DNA from: Hemiscyllium ocellatum
Lineage: Eukaryota
Length of the DNA: 64,000 nt
Assembly: GCF_020745735.1 (NCBI RefSeq)
Contig: NC_083401.1
Location: forward strand, 137,265,740-137,329,739
Direction of reading: 5' to 3'
Shown here: one piece after another, positions 12,226 to 24,035 of the stretch
Layout: the number at the start of each line of letters is the position of its first letter
Numbering within the stretch: position 1 is the first letter of the stretch
Translations under genes and position numbers: made by a program
Notes under the pieces: generated by a model
What the model was told of the DNA's origin: nothing
Database searches by the model: none
Seen by the model: the letters and a program-made list of their open reading frames with translations, nothing else

Positions 12226-13409
12226 CTAGTATTCTGTGGAAATTTTTTTTGTGTCTGTTCTTTCGGCATCTTTTAATGTTCTCCTCACTGTTGTTCCTTG
12301 CGGCACTATAATGAGTTACCGTTTCTGGGCTGATTTTAGTTATGTGTATACATTAGAAAGCATAAAGGAGAGCAGTTTTAAAATATTAAAGTGAAATATT
12401 TGACCTACTGGTCAAGTTTGATACTTCAAACTTCTGATTAAATACATCTGGTAACTAACTGTACTCGGGTAAATAACTTGATTTTCACAATATTTTACTC
12501 AATTATTAGAACCATGCATTCAGAATGAGAAACATTGTTCTGTTCTGGAATATTTTGGAGCTTTTTTTTATGAGTAATGGAACATACTCTGAAAAGTAAA
12601 TCATTGAAGTTGAAAATTGTGGCATTTTGTTTGTTTCATTTCATAGCGTATCGAAATAAAACATTTCAGAAAATAACTGAGTACTCTGTGAATTTTAGTT
12701 GTGGTTTCGTTTGTGGGGACAGCAGTAAACACTGAATAGGAACAAACACCTAAAGTTCATTTTTAGGAATGAATGTAATAAATACACAGGTTATTTTTGG
12801 AATTTATTTGCTGTTACTATCAAAGAATATTTGCATATCAGGCATTTGGTTAGATGGAATCAGTGATATATTAAGAAATATTGAATACAAAATTAGCTTC
12901 AGGGACTAACATGGGGTACATTCTATATTTTAAAATTTAATAATGTTTAAACTGCTTTTAAAAACAATAAAAATAGAACTTTAACTTGTCTCAAAGTAAA
13001 ATTTTACTTTGACATCTGAATGGATAATATTGGGGCTCATTTTGCTGGTAATTAATACCAAACCTGCAATAAAGGAATGAGCAATGCATACATTAGACTG
13101 CTGTTGCCTTTTTAAAAGAAAAATAGTGGATCTATGTGTGGAATTATATCTTGTTTGCAAAGAGCAAATAGTTCAAAGTGAAACTTTGATCCAGCTATGA
13201 AGTGACTGGGGGAAATCTTTCTTTATGCAAAGTTTTCCCAAAGCTCTGATCTCCCTGTTTGATCCAAAAAAAAGTTAAGACTGGAGGAGAAAGTGTACAC
13301 CCTGGCCATGCTGTGCTCCCTTGATGTGCCGAAGCAGCAACAGCAGCTCCCTTCTGTCATTCTGTAGACTGCTCTCTGTTTTACCGATGGTTATCTGTCT
13401 TGTATGCAG

Positions 13410-13495
13410 GTGAGCGCCCCTACCAGTGTCCCTACTGTGACAAAGCTTTCAGCAAGAATGACGGATTAAAGATGCACATTAGAACGCACACACGG
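13410..13495 (+). CDS. prdm5: PRDM5 internal coding exon (C2H2 zinc finger), 86 bp
   Basis: Acceptor tgtatgcAG at 13408-13409 and donor GTaag at 13496. Translates (G)[28 protein letters not shown], matching my recollection of the vertebrate PRDM5 C-terminal fingers ([29 protein letters not shown]). Ends on a codon boundary. Confidence 0.95.
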
Positions 13496-14214
13496 GTAAG
13501 AGGAGATCAAGTTTCTGCTTTTTTTTCTTACCTCTAAGTAGTGAAAGCAATTGCTGAAATAAAGTGTACAGGTAAAGTTAATCATTTTGAATGAAAACAG
13601 CAATGTTAGTTTTTATAGATTTTTTGGTATAACCTACTCTGCTTCTCACTTTCCCAATAATTTCTCCTTTTTGAGGGCATGGTCATTACACTGTGCCACC
13701 AAATTACTCAATATTGTGCACCAAACCGCTGCAGCAAGGAAATGGAAATGAACGCAGAATTTTACAGGAGTAAGAACATAGCAAAATGCTGGAACAAACA
13801 GCAAGCAGTACTTACAAAATCAAGAGGTCAATAACATGATGAATTTGACTTAATCTAATAACCTGTTTGGTAATAAACTTTGTGTTAATACACATGACAG
13901 AAATCTCACTCAAATCGGAATGTGTTCTCCACTTGGGATTCAAATGAACAAAGATGACAAAAGATAAAGGTAATGCTGCAGTATTGTAGGTAAAAGAAAA
14001 ATGACCATGATAAGTATCTTCCAGTTGCTGTTCTTGTCCCATTGGTTCACCTTCCACATATGTTTCCTACGATTACCTTAGCATTGACAAACACGCCTGC
14101 TTCCTTTCCTTTCTCCAGGTCTGGGGAAGTCAGCCAAAATGAGATTAGGAATGATTGCTTAAGTGAAGTTACAGAGATACATTTTAATCATTAAATGCCT
14201 AATTTAAATGCCTA

Positions 14215-14464
14215 ATTCCCGACTCAGGCGACTGACTGTGTGGAGTTTGCATGTTCTCCCCGTGTCTGCGTGGGTTTCCTCCGGGTGCTCCGGTTTCCTC
14301 CCACAGTCACAAAGATGTGCGGGTCAGGTGAATTGGCCATGCTAAATTGCCCATAGTGTTAGGTAAGGGGTAAATGTAGGGGTATGGGTGGGTTGCGCTT
14401 CGGCGGGTCGGTGTGGACTTGTTGGGCCGAAGGGCCTGTTTCCACACTGTAAGTCTAATCTAAT
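14215..14464 (+). mobile_element. HE1 SINE, 5'-truncated young copy
   Basis: Near-identical to the reverse complement of 74-320, sharing cgactcaggcgactgactgtg. Confidence 0.9.
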
Positions 14465-14539
14465 ATTATATCCCATGGCCTGATTGGTCCTCTGCAACTC
14501 ATCCTGCCTCCTAAAACCAGTAGCAGGATTGTATTTCCC

Positions 14540-14685
14540 TCCTTACTAGCATTGTGGATCAACCTACACAAAATGGCTTGCAGCAGTTCAGGAAGGCAGC
14601 TCACCAACACCACCTCAATGGCAACTAGGGATGGGCAATAAATGCTGGCCAGTCAGCGATACCCACATCTCATGAGTGAAACAAA
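14540..14685 (+). mobile_element. CR1/L2-superfamily LINE 3' tail
   Basis: gcagttcaggaaggcagctcacc...gggcaataaatgctggcc...cccacatctc is homologous to the minus-strand 3' end of the LINE at 24595-26840. Confidence 0.65.
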
Positions 14686-16066
14686 AAAAATGTAAAAAGA
14701 TATACACAGTATATCAACTTAGCCGTTGGGTGGCCTGTGGCCAATCAATACAGACTTTGACCTCACTGTTTAATTTTTTGAGTCCTTATTTTAGATGGCT
14801 AAGATGTCTGATATGGATTTTTAAAAAAAATGTTAGCAAAAGGAGAAATTATTTTCCTTTCTGTATCCCCCTGAGTTAACATTCAAGTAGTTCTTTTTAT
14901 GAGCCTGTTAATATTCTCCCAGTTCTTTGGTCTGGCCAGGCTTAACTTAGTCTGTAAGTAGTCAGGTAACTCTCTTTGTATCCCAGGGAAATCCAATACA
15001 AGCCATCCGTGAGGATGCAATGGAAGCCACTTCAGTGACTACTAAGTTGAGCGAATAAAACTCTATTTGAATATTGGACAGATCTTTACTAGAGAACAGC
15101 CTAGACCTCCAAATTTTGTGGCATTTAGACTCCAAATTATGCTGTGTGTCACCACTGAACAGGAAAGCAATATCGTTTCTGTAGCAGTTAACAGTTAAAT
15201 GGAGAATTAGCTTGTAAAGACTTGACAACCATTTTGATGTCTGTGATCAAATGGCATTTATGTGGAAATTTATCAAAGTTTTTTACTACAAAGATACTGT
15301 TCCTCAAATACGCCTAAGTGATTGCTTTGTAAGATTTTTCGCATTCTCTACGACCCCACCCCACTAAGAACACACAGAACATTTACACAGGCAGGTATGC
15401 AGTTACAATGCTGAGAGACAACTTTGCAGATAAAAGGTGTTTGTGATTTTGATGGATGGTATATTAAGAGCCCAAAATTGGCTACCTGCCTGTTGCACCT
15501 GCACTACCGTCACTGCTGGGAGCCTGGGTCTGGGAAAAGCAAAATGCAGGAACAAGCACCAGGCTGCCTCTGTGACCAGATTGAATTTACTGCACCCCCT
15601 TTCCTCCCCAAATGGCAGCTCCATAGAACTTGGGAAATTTAGTTCACAAACTCCATTTTTGACTCCATGGGTGCTGGCAGGTGAATTGAGTGTTGTGGTA
15701 TAAGGGCATGAAAGGGTTAATACTGAAGGGTGTTATAGCTTCACCAACTGTGATGATGTTATGTGCACCTGGGCGTAGAACAACTCAGGATCTCGAAGGT
15801 AAAAGACCTAAAATCAGATTCTCCTCAAATTCTCCATAATAATGACTATCATACCAATACTAACCTGTAACTTCTGCAATAAACTTTATCTTGTTAGCTA
15901 CAAGAATCTGTAGTTATACCAAGAAATACTTTTTGCCTGCCACCCTCAACCAAGTACTTTCCAATTCTTAAAGAGACTGTAGGCAGCAATCTTTCATGAA
16001 CATCAGCTTATACAGTATACTGAGCCGGTATGTCCATGCACCAAACATAGGCAGTGGTGTCAATTA

Positions 16067-16162
16067 TGGCTGAAAATGTGTTGCTGGAAAAGCGCAGCAG
16101 GTCAGGCAGCATCCAAGGAACAGGAGAATCGACGTTTCGGGCATAAGCCCTTCTTCAGGAAA
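16067..16162 (-). ncRNA. Hammerhead ribozyme motif (family A) in a 96-bp TSD-flanked mini-element
   Basis: Minus strand: ttc-CTGAAGA-a-GGGC-ttat-GCCC-GAA-ACGT-C-gattctcc (plus about 16122-16161). TSD tcaatta at 16060-16066 and 16163-16169. Confidence 0.75.
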
Positions 16163-17317
16163 TCAATTAGATTTGACTGCTCATAGTGAGCAGCGCTGTG
16201 AGACCTTCCCACTCAGCTTTAAGTGAGGGGCTGATAGAGCACAGTTAGAAGCAAGGAAAAGCTGAAGATTTAAGAACCCTACAGAAGAAACTCTTGTAGC
16301 AATCCTTCAACAAAGAAGTTTACTCCAATGAGTAGCGAAAGCACTGTTGATCTGGTGAGAGATGGATTGTCACTGAAAAGCAACATCTCCTTGGAGAAGA
16401 AGAGTTGGTATAAAGTTGGTACAGGCTGCAACATGAGGTGGTGCTCTGTGAGAATGTTCTTCAAGGGGGTGGGGGGGGGTCAGGGTGAATGAACGGATAT
16501 TGGAAGTTCTGTGAGTAAAGCTTAAAATTCTAGTGGGCCTGGGGAAATATTAAAATGGTGCAGTAATCCACTCTGGAAAAGTGAAAGGGTAAATGATTGC
16601 TTATAGCTCAGATTGAGTATGGTTGCCTTCATGAGCGGACACCAAGTAGCATGTTAGTAAACAGAAAAAAAAATAAGTAAAAGGACAAAATAAAGTTTTA
16701 TTCTAAGGTCACAGACCCAGGGACACTGTAAAGCCAGCAATTAAAGTGATGGCATTAAGCAGAATAAAACACTAGGCAGACCTGAGAGTTATTCAGTAAA
16801 ACAGTGAAGCCATGAAAGAGGCAGAAACCCCCTTACTTTACCTGAAAAGGACATTTTAACTCTGAGAATGTGGGAATCCTTCAATGTAGCCAATGAGAAA
16901 GCTCCATTATCACAAAAAATGAGCAGCAAAACTACTATTACTGTAAAATAAAAGCATTTGAAATGAACAAAATATATACTCACATAGAAAGGTATGGCTT
17001 CAGACGTTATATTGCCAGGGAGCTAGTCAGTAGAAACAGCAGGATATATAGGATCAATATGTGGCTGAAAAGATGGTGTGAGGAGGAGGGTGTCAGATTT
17101 GTGAGGCAAAGCGACCAGTTCTATGGGAGGTGGGACCTGTACAAACTGGTTTCACCAGGCAGGACCGAGACTGATGTCCTTTGAGGGGATAAATGGGGAA
17201 CTTGGTACAGTGGTTGGGGAGAGTTCAAAATAGTGTGGCAGGGGATGGGAAGGAGAGGAGTAGGGCAGTAGATAAAGAATTGGAGGGAAAGGTAGAAAGC
17301 AAGGCAAATATGACCAG

Positions 17318-18048
17318 GATCAAAAATCCTTCCACATCCGGCAGAGATTTTCCTGTACATCCAAACACCTCATCTATTGTGTCCATTGCTCCCAATTGGA
17401 CTTCTCTACATTGGGGAGACGGCACACCAAATTGCAAAATGGTTCAGGGAACATCTCCGGGACACACGCACCAAACAACTGGACCACCCAGTGGCCGAAC
17501 ACTTCAACTCCCCTTCCCACTTCGCCAAGGACATACAAGTCCTGGGCCTCCTCCATCGCCAAATCCAAACCACCCAACGCCTGGAGGAGAAACAGCTCAT
17601 CTTCCATCTTGGGACCTTCCAACCATATGGCATCAATGTCGGTTTTGCCAGTTTCCTTATCTCCCCTCCCCCCAGCTTACCCCAGGTCCAATCCTGCAAC
17701 TCAGCACTGTCTTCTTAAACTGTCCTACCTGTCCATCTTCCTTTCTACCTATCCACTCCACCGTCTGACCTATCACCATCAACCGCCCTCCTTCATCTAC
17801 CTATCACCTTCCAAGCTACCTTGCCCCAGCTCTAACCCCCTCCCATTTATCTTAGCCCTCTTGGGCTCATTCCCCCCCCTCCGCCACCTCATCACCCAAC
17901 CACACACACACACAAACATTACTAATGAGGGGCTTATGCCTGAAACGTCAACTCTCCTGCTCCTTGGATGCTGCCTAACCTGCTGTCTTTTCCAGTGCCA
18001 CACTTTTGACTCTGATCTCCAGCATCTGCAGTGTTCATTGTCTCCTAA
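17318..18048 (+). mobile_element. Penelope-like element 3' fragment (GIY-YIG plus family A tail)
   Basis: ORF 17377-17718: GLLYIGETAHQIAKWFREHL...PVAEHFNSPSH...RLEEKQLIFHLGTFQPYGINV (YIG, H and E motifs and the C-terminal GxN). Tail ctaatgaggggcttatgcctgaaacgtc at about 17920. Confidence 0.88.
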
Positions 18049-19204
18049 GAACAAGAACAGGCAGGGAAACACTGCTGAAAAGAGCAGGGGAGGTGGTCTG
18101 AAATGCATGTGTTTCAATGTGTGATTAGGCAAGATAGATGAACTTAGAGTTTTGGTTAGTACTTGGAACCATGACATTATTGCGATTACAGAGACTTGGT
18201 TGAAAGGGGGACGTGACTGGCATCTCAGTGTCCCAGGATTTAGATGTTTCAGGTGTGATAGACTGGAAAGTAAAAAGGTGTGGGCAAGTTGCATTCCTGG
18301 CAAAGGAGTATCTCACAGCTATACTGAGGGAGGATACATCACAGGACTCATGCAGCAAAGCAACATTGGTAGAATACAGAAAAGGAAAGGTGAAATCTCC
18401 AGGCCTCCCAACAGCCAGTGAGAGAGAGAGGAGAAAATATTTAGACAAATTGTGGAAAGATGAAAAAAACTGCAGGGTTGTTGGGATGGACAATAATACT
18501 GTGAATTTTAAGATACTCATGGATAGGGATAACAGCAGTCCTTGGATGAAGGTGTCAAATTTGGGGGAAGGCGAACTACAACAATATTAGGCAGGAACAG
18601 GAGAATTTTGATTGGAGATGGCTGTTTGAGGGTAAATCCACATCAGATATGTGGGAGTATTTCAAAATGGCAGTTGATAAGAGTTCAGGAGCAGCAAGTT
18701 CCTGTAAGAATGAAGGATAGATACAGCAACTTATGTGAACCTTGGATGACTCGGGATGTTAATGACCTTGGTCAAAAAGGAAAAAGAAGTATACGTTAGG
18801 TCTCAGAGGATGGGAATTGATGAAGCCTTTCAAGTATATAAGGAAAGTGTTAGACAGCATGGTTTTGTGTGAGTGAGGTCGTGCCTCACTAACTTGATCG
18901 TGTTTTTTGAGGAGGTGGATAAGATGATTGATGAGGGAAAAGAGGTTGATGTTCTTTATGTAGACTTCTGTAAAACCTTTGACAAGGTCCCTCATGGCAG
19001 CCTGGTACCAAAGGTGAAGTTGCAGGGTATCAGGGTGAGCTGGCAATAAGGATTAGAAGGGCGAAGAGGGGAATGTAAATTTGTTAGCAACAGGATTAAG
19101 GAGAATCTGAAGGCTTTTTCTACGTAGATAAAAACCAAGAGGATAGCCATGGAAAGGGTTGGCCCATTCAAGGACAAAGGAGGGAATCTATGTGTGGAGC
19201 CAGG

Positions 19205-19497
19205 AGAGGGAGGTGCAGGTTTAGGGTGAGAGGGGAAAGATATAAGAGGGACCTAACAGGTAACTTTTACATGCAGAGGATGGTGCATGTATGGAATGAG
19301 CTGCCAGAGGAAGTGGTGGAGGCTGATACAATTGCAACATTTAAAAGGCATCTGGATGGGTGTATAAATAGGAAGGATTTAGAGGAATATGGGCTGGGTG
19401 CTGGCAGGTAGGACTAGATTGGGTTGGGATGTCTGGTCGGCATGGATGGGTTGAACCGAAGGATCTGTTACCATGCTGAATATCTCTATGACTCTAA
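19205..19497 (+). mobile_element. HER1-type CR1 3' fragment nested in the older CR1
   Basis: RFRVRGERYKRDL...VWNELPEEVVEA, ending in ctctatgactct. Confidence 0.85.
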
Positions 19498-20894
19498 ATA
19501 TTTTGTGTCAGTATTCACCAAAGTGAAGGAATTGTTGGAGGATGATCTCAGGGAAGGGGATGTCCAGTCTCTAAGCCACGTTGCTATTAAAAAGGAAGAA
19601 GTGTTGTCCATCTTAAAAAGTATTAGTGGTTAAGTCCCTGGGTCCTGATAGGATCTATCCCAGAATGTTGAGGAAGGCAAGAGAACAAATTGCTGGAGCA
19701 TTGACAGTCATCTTTGTATCATCTCTGGCCACAGGTGAGGTCCCAGAGGGCTGGAGAATAGCCAGTGTAGTCCCATTGTTTACGAAGGAGAACAGGCCTG
19801 TGAGTCTCATATTGGTGGTCAAGAAATTATCAGAAAAGATTCTCAGGGACAAGATCTATATACATTTAGAAGCAAATTGACTTACTAGTGTTAGACAGCA
19901 TGGTTTTGTGTGAGTGAGGTCGCGCCTCACTAACTTGATCGTGCTTTTTGAGGAGGTGGAAAAGATGATTGATGAGGGAAAAGAGGTTGATGTTCTTTAT
20001 GTAGACTTCTGTAAAACCTTTGACAAGGTCCCTCATGGCAGCCTGGTACCAAAGGTGAAGTCGCAGGGTATCAAGGTGAGCTGGCAATAAGGATACAGAA
20101 CTGGCTTAGTCATAGGAGACAGAGGGTAGCAGTGGAAGGATGCTTTTCAGAATGGAGGATTGTGACTAGTAGTGTTCCACAGGGATCAGTGCTGGGACCT
20201 CTGCTGTTTATGGTCTACATAAGTGATTTAGAGGAAAACACGGCTGGTCTAATTAGTAAGTTTGCAGACAATACAAAGACCGATGGAGTTGCGGATAGTG
20301 AGGAGGATTGTCAGAGGATACAGCAGGATATAGATTAGTTGGAGGCATGGACAGAAAAATGCAGATGGAGTTTAATCTGGACAAATGTGAGGAGATACAT
20401 TTGCAGAAGGATCTGGCTGTGCAGGTCCACAGAGCACTGAAGGTGGCAGCACAGGTAGACAGGTAATAAAAAAGCTTAAAGCATTCTTGCTATATTGTTC
20501 TTTGTTCTAGGAAGAATTCATTTCAGATGGGTAAAGCACATCACTGGAATTCAATAGTGTGGAGGAAATGATCATGATGTACAGACTAGCTTCCAAATCA
20601 GATACTGTATCAGAAGCTGAAAAAGTTAATAGATTTCTGTGCACAGTTTTGAATATAGTAAATGATGTTATAACACACCAAGAAGTAAAAGAAAATACAG
20701 ATTTTGTTGAATAGATACTGAAAGCCTCTGACAATTATTTCAACTTCAGGAGCATTGAAAATCTTGAAAGAGCGAGATTTAACCGAAGAAGTCAACTTCT
20801 CGGCAAATTGATAAATGATTCATTAATAGACTACAGATTAGTGGAGAAGCGGAATGATATTGACTTAAAGTTATTGTTCATAAGCGAATGAAGA

Positions 20895-21173
20895 ATTAGA
20901 TTAGATTCCCTACAGCTCAGAAACAGGCTCTTTGGTCCAACCAGTCCACACCAACCCTCTGACTAATGCACCTAGAACTATGGGCAATTTAGCATGGCCA
21001 GTTCACCTAAGCTGCACATCTTTGAACTGTGGGAGGAAACTGGAGCACCCGAAGAAAGCCCACGCAGACTCGGGGCAAATGTGCAGACTCCACACAGACA
21101 GTCACCCAAAGCTGGACTCGAACCTGGGACCCTGGTGCTGTGAGGCAGCAGTGCTAACCACTGAGCCACTGTG
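20895..21173 (-). mobile_element. HE1 SINE (internally deleted) inserted in the Gypsy gag
   Basis: Homology to the other HE1 copies. Gag-like peptide continues on both sides. Confidence 0.87.
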
Positions 21174-22212
21174 ATGAGGGCATTGCTGATGAGTCTTTGC
21201 CGGATTTATTGTAGTCCAAAGAAGCCCCAACATCAGTCAAAGACATTAAGATAGTGAATGAATCAGAAGTCTGGAAACAACACTGGTCAGTTCAAAGAGG
21301 GAAAAAAGTCAATTTAATACAAGAGATCAGTAGAGTCTATTTAATTCTTTGTATATAAAATCTCAGACAAACATTTGTGAGGAATCCATTCATGGACTAG
21401 GGCAGGCAATTCTAAAAGCTCTTATCAGTGCTGTAGAACAAAGAACCCTCATCGCCAAACACTATTAAAAGCCTATTTCTTAAAAAAAGTATATTTTATC
21501 TTAATAGCTTATTTTCAGAAGTAATATATAACTTAAAACAAATAAGAAAGCAAATAGTTATCTATATAAAGAAAATGATGACAACAGGACAGACAACAGC
21601 AGTAGAAGAGAAATTTGAAGTATTTTTAATGAAAATAAATAATTCAGACTATATATTTTGGCATTCTGATATTTGTATCAGTGGTCATCTCACAGATTTC
21701 ATGGTGATGAATGATGTTATCATCATGTGTATTTTACAGTGAAAAAGACATTAAAATATAGTGAAAAGTTTCCAATGTCGCCATCATCCAGTGTCATTTT
21801 GCGTAGTTTAAGAAAAATTAAAAATCACTAAAAAGACTGTGGGACAAATGCGACCATATTACCAGATTATGATCTATTGTCACAGACTAGAAGGAGAGGT
21901 AATTATCTTTACTGTCTTCCTCTTCTGGTCAAAACAGGGTTTTTAAGTATTAATTTTGTTTCTTATTTTGCCTCTGCCATTTAAAAATAAATAGTTATAT
22001 GTTTGCCTAAGTCTGCTTTGGGAAATCCAACTTAAAATGATTTAGGGTTAAAACAAAATAGGGTTTATGACTGCTTTCAAAAGCTGGGGAAGTGGTTGTG
22101 ACACACATACAAAACACAGGCAACCAATAAAGAACGAAAAGAAAAGTAAAAGGGAGAAGTCACAAATTGGTTTGGCTGGAAGGTTCACACCATGCCAGGA
22201 TGTCTTGAAGAA

Positions 22213-23098
22213 TGATGTGGAGATGCCGGTGTTGGACCAGGGTCAAGAAATTATCAGAAAAGATTCTCAGGGACAAGATCTATATACATTTAGAAGCAAA
22301 TTGACTTACTAGTGTTAGACAGCATGGTTTTGTGTGAGTGAGGTCGTGCCTCACTAACTTGATCGTGTTTTTTGAGGAGGTGGAAAAGATGATTGATGAG
22401 GGAAAAGAGGTTGATGTTCTTTATGTAGACTTCTGTAAAACCTTTGACAAGGTCCGTCATGGCAGACTGGTACCAAAGGTGAAGTCGCAGGGTATCAGGG
22501 TGAGCTGGTACAAAGTTAAAAATCACAGAACACCAGGTTATAGTCCAACAGGTTAATTTGGAAGCACTAGCTTTTGGAGCACTGCTCCTTCATCCTATTT
22601 GATTCACGCAGCCACCTGATGAAGCAGCTGCTCCTTTGTCAGGTAGCTAGAGGGGCAGGATCATAAGGCAGAGAATTTATAGCACAAGATCATAATGCCA
22701 TGCAACTGACAGGATATATTGAACAAACGTAGATTGTTGGCTCTCAAGATTGGAATACAGACAGATTCTAACCTCAAACCTTTAATACATTGAGCTGAGA
22801 TATACCCTTTTTTGATAAAGCCTTAAGTTATCTCAGGAATGTGACTTGAAAGAAGTTCTGGGATTTACATTTTTAATTAATCAAAACCTGCAACCCATTC
22901 TAAAGGATGAAATACAACAGCAGGCTAGGTTTGTTCAATATATCCTATCAGTTGCATGGCATTATGATCTTGTGCGACAAATTCTGTGTCCTATGATCCT
23001 GCCCCACTAGCTATCTGATGAAGAAGCAGCACTCCAGAAGCTAGTACTTCCAAATAAACCTGTTGGACAATAACCTGGTGTTGTGTGACTTTTAACTA
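22213..23098. mobile_element. Penelope-type (hammerhead family B) insertion with a long inverted repeat and captured CR1 sequence
   Basis: TSD tgaagaa at 22206-22212 and 23099-23105. Inverted arms at about 22514-22740 and 22915-23097, with ctgatgaag...ctcc.gaagcta cores. Confidence 0.75.
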
Positions 23099-23298
23099 TG
23101 AAGAACTATGTAAGCTTTTGTCCTCTCGTCAGAAAATTCCAGAAATTGTTGTCAACTGGCATCATGTAATTAGTGGTATCCATGTTGTCAGTTCAGCAAA
23201 GTGCCCACGTTTAAGAAAACTTAAACAAAAGAATATAGTTTTAAAGACAACAGTTTAGGATTTCTCTCATGCCATCTTCTAGGCATTACAACTATGGT

Positions 23299-24035
23299 AT
23301 AAAAGTGCGGCGCTGAAAAAGCACAACCAGTCAGGCAGCATCCAAGGAGCAGGAGAGTTAACATTTCGAGCATAAGCTCTTCATCAGGATTGTGGTGTGC
23401 CTAGAATTGCTTTCGATATGGTTTCCTCTACACTGGGGAGACAGGACACCAACTTGCAGAACATTTCAGAGAACATCTCCAAGACCATGCACCAAACAAC
23501 CCCACTGCCCTGTGGCTGAACACTTCAACTCATCCTCCCACTCTGCTAAGGACATGCAAGTCCTGGCCTCCCCCACTGTCAAATCCTAGCCACCCGTCGC
23601 CTGGAGGAAGAACAACTCATCTTCCGCCTTGGGACCCTCCAACCACTCGGGATCAATGTCGATTTCACCAGTTTCCTTATCTCCCCTCCCCCCACCTTAT
23701 CCCAGATCCAACTCAGCACCGCCCGCTTGAACTGTCCTACCTGTCCATCTTCCTTTCCACCTATCCACTCCACCCTCATCTCCATCCTCCAACCTATCAC
23801 CATCACCCCCCCACCTTCATTTACCTATCACATTCCTAACAACACTCCCCCCACCTCACCCCCTCGCATTTATCTCTAAGTCCACTTGCCCCACCCCACA
23901 AAACATTCCTGATGAAGACCTATGCTCGAAAAGGTGACACTCCTGCCCCTCGGATGTTTCCTGACCGGCTGTGCTTTTCCGGCGCCATGCTTTTAAACTG
24001 TGATCTCCAGCATTTGCAGTCCTCACTCTCTCTTA
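23299..24035 (+). mobile_element. Penelope-like element: inverted tail copy, GIY-YIG fragment and tail
   Basis: Minus-strand tail at 23300-23390, then a plus-strand PVAEHFNSSSHSAKDMQVL fragment and a tail with cctgatgaag at about 23908. Degenerate 16-bp TSD gcattacaactatggt (23283-23298) / gcattataaccatgat (24036-24051). Confidence 0.85.

Larger units (their letters stand above)
16985..20490 (+). mobile_element. Long decayed CR1 LINE (end of esterase-type ORF1, APE endonuclease, RT) with nested Penelope and HER1 insertions
   Basis: INMWLKRWCEEEGVRFV...FYGRWDLYK (CR1 ORF1 SGNH-like), LKCMCFNV / DIIAITETWL (APE), KSLGPDRIYPRML and SSVPQGSVLGPLLF...KFADNTK (RT). Confidence 0.85.

Noticed and set aside
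17377-17718. Stand-alone GIY-YIG nuclease gene
   Set aside because: Frameshifted at its N-terminus, present as three decayed copies, and always attached to the Penelope tail.
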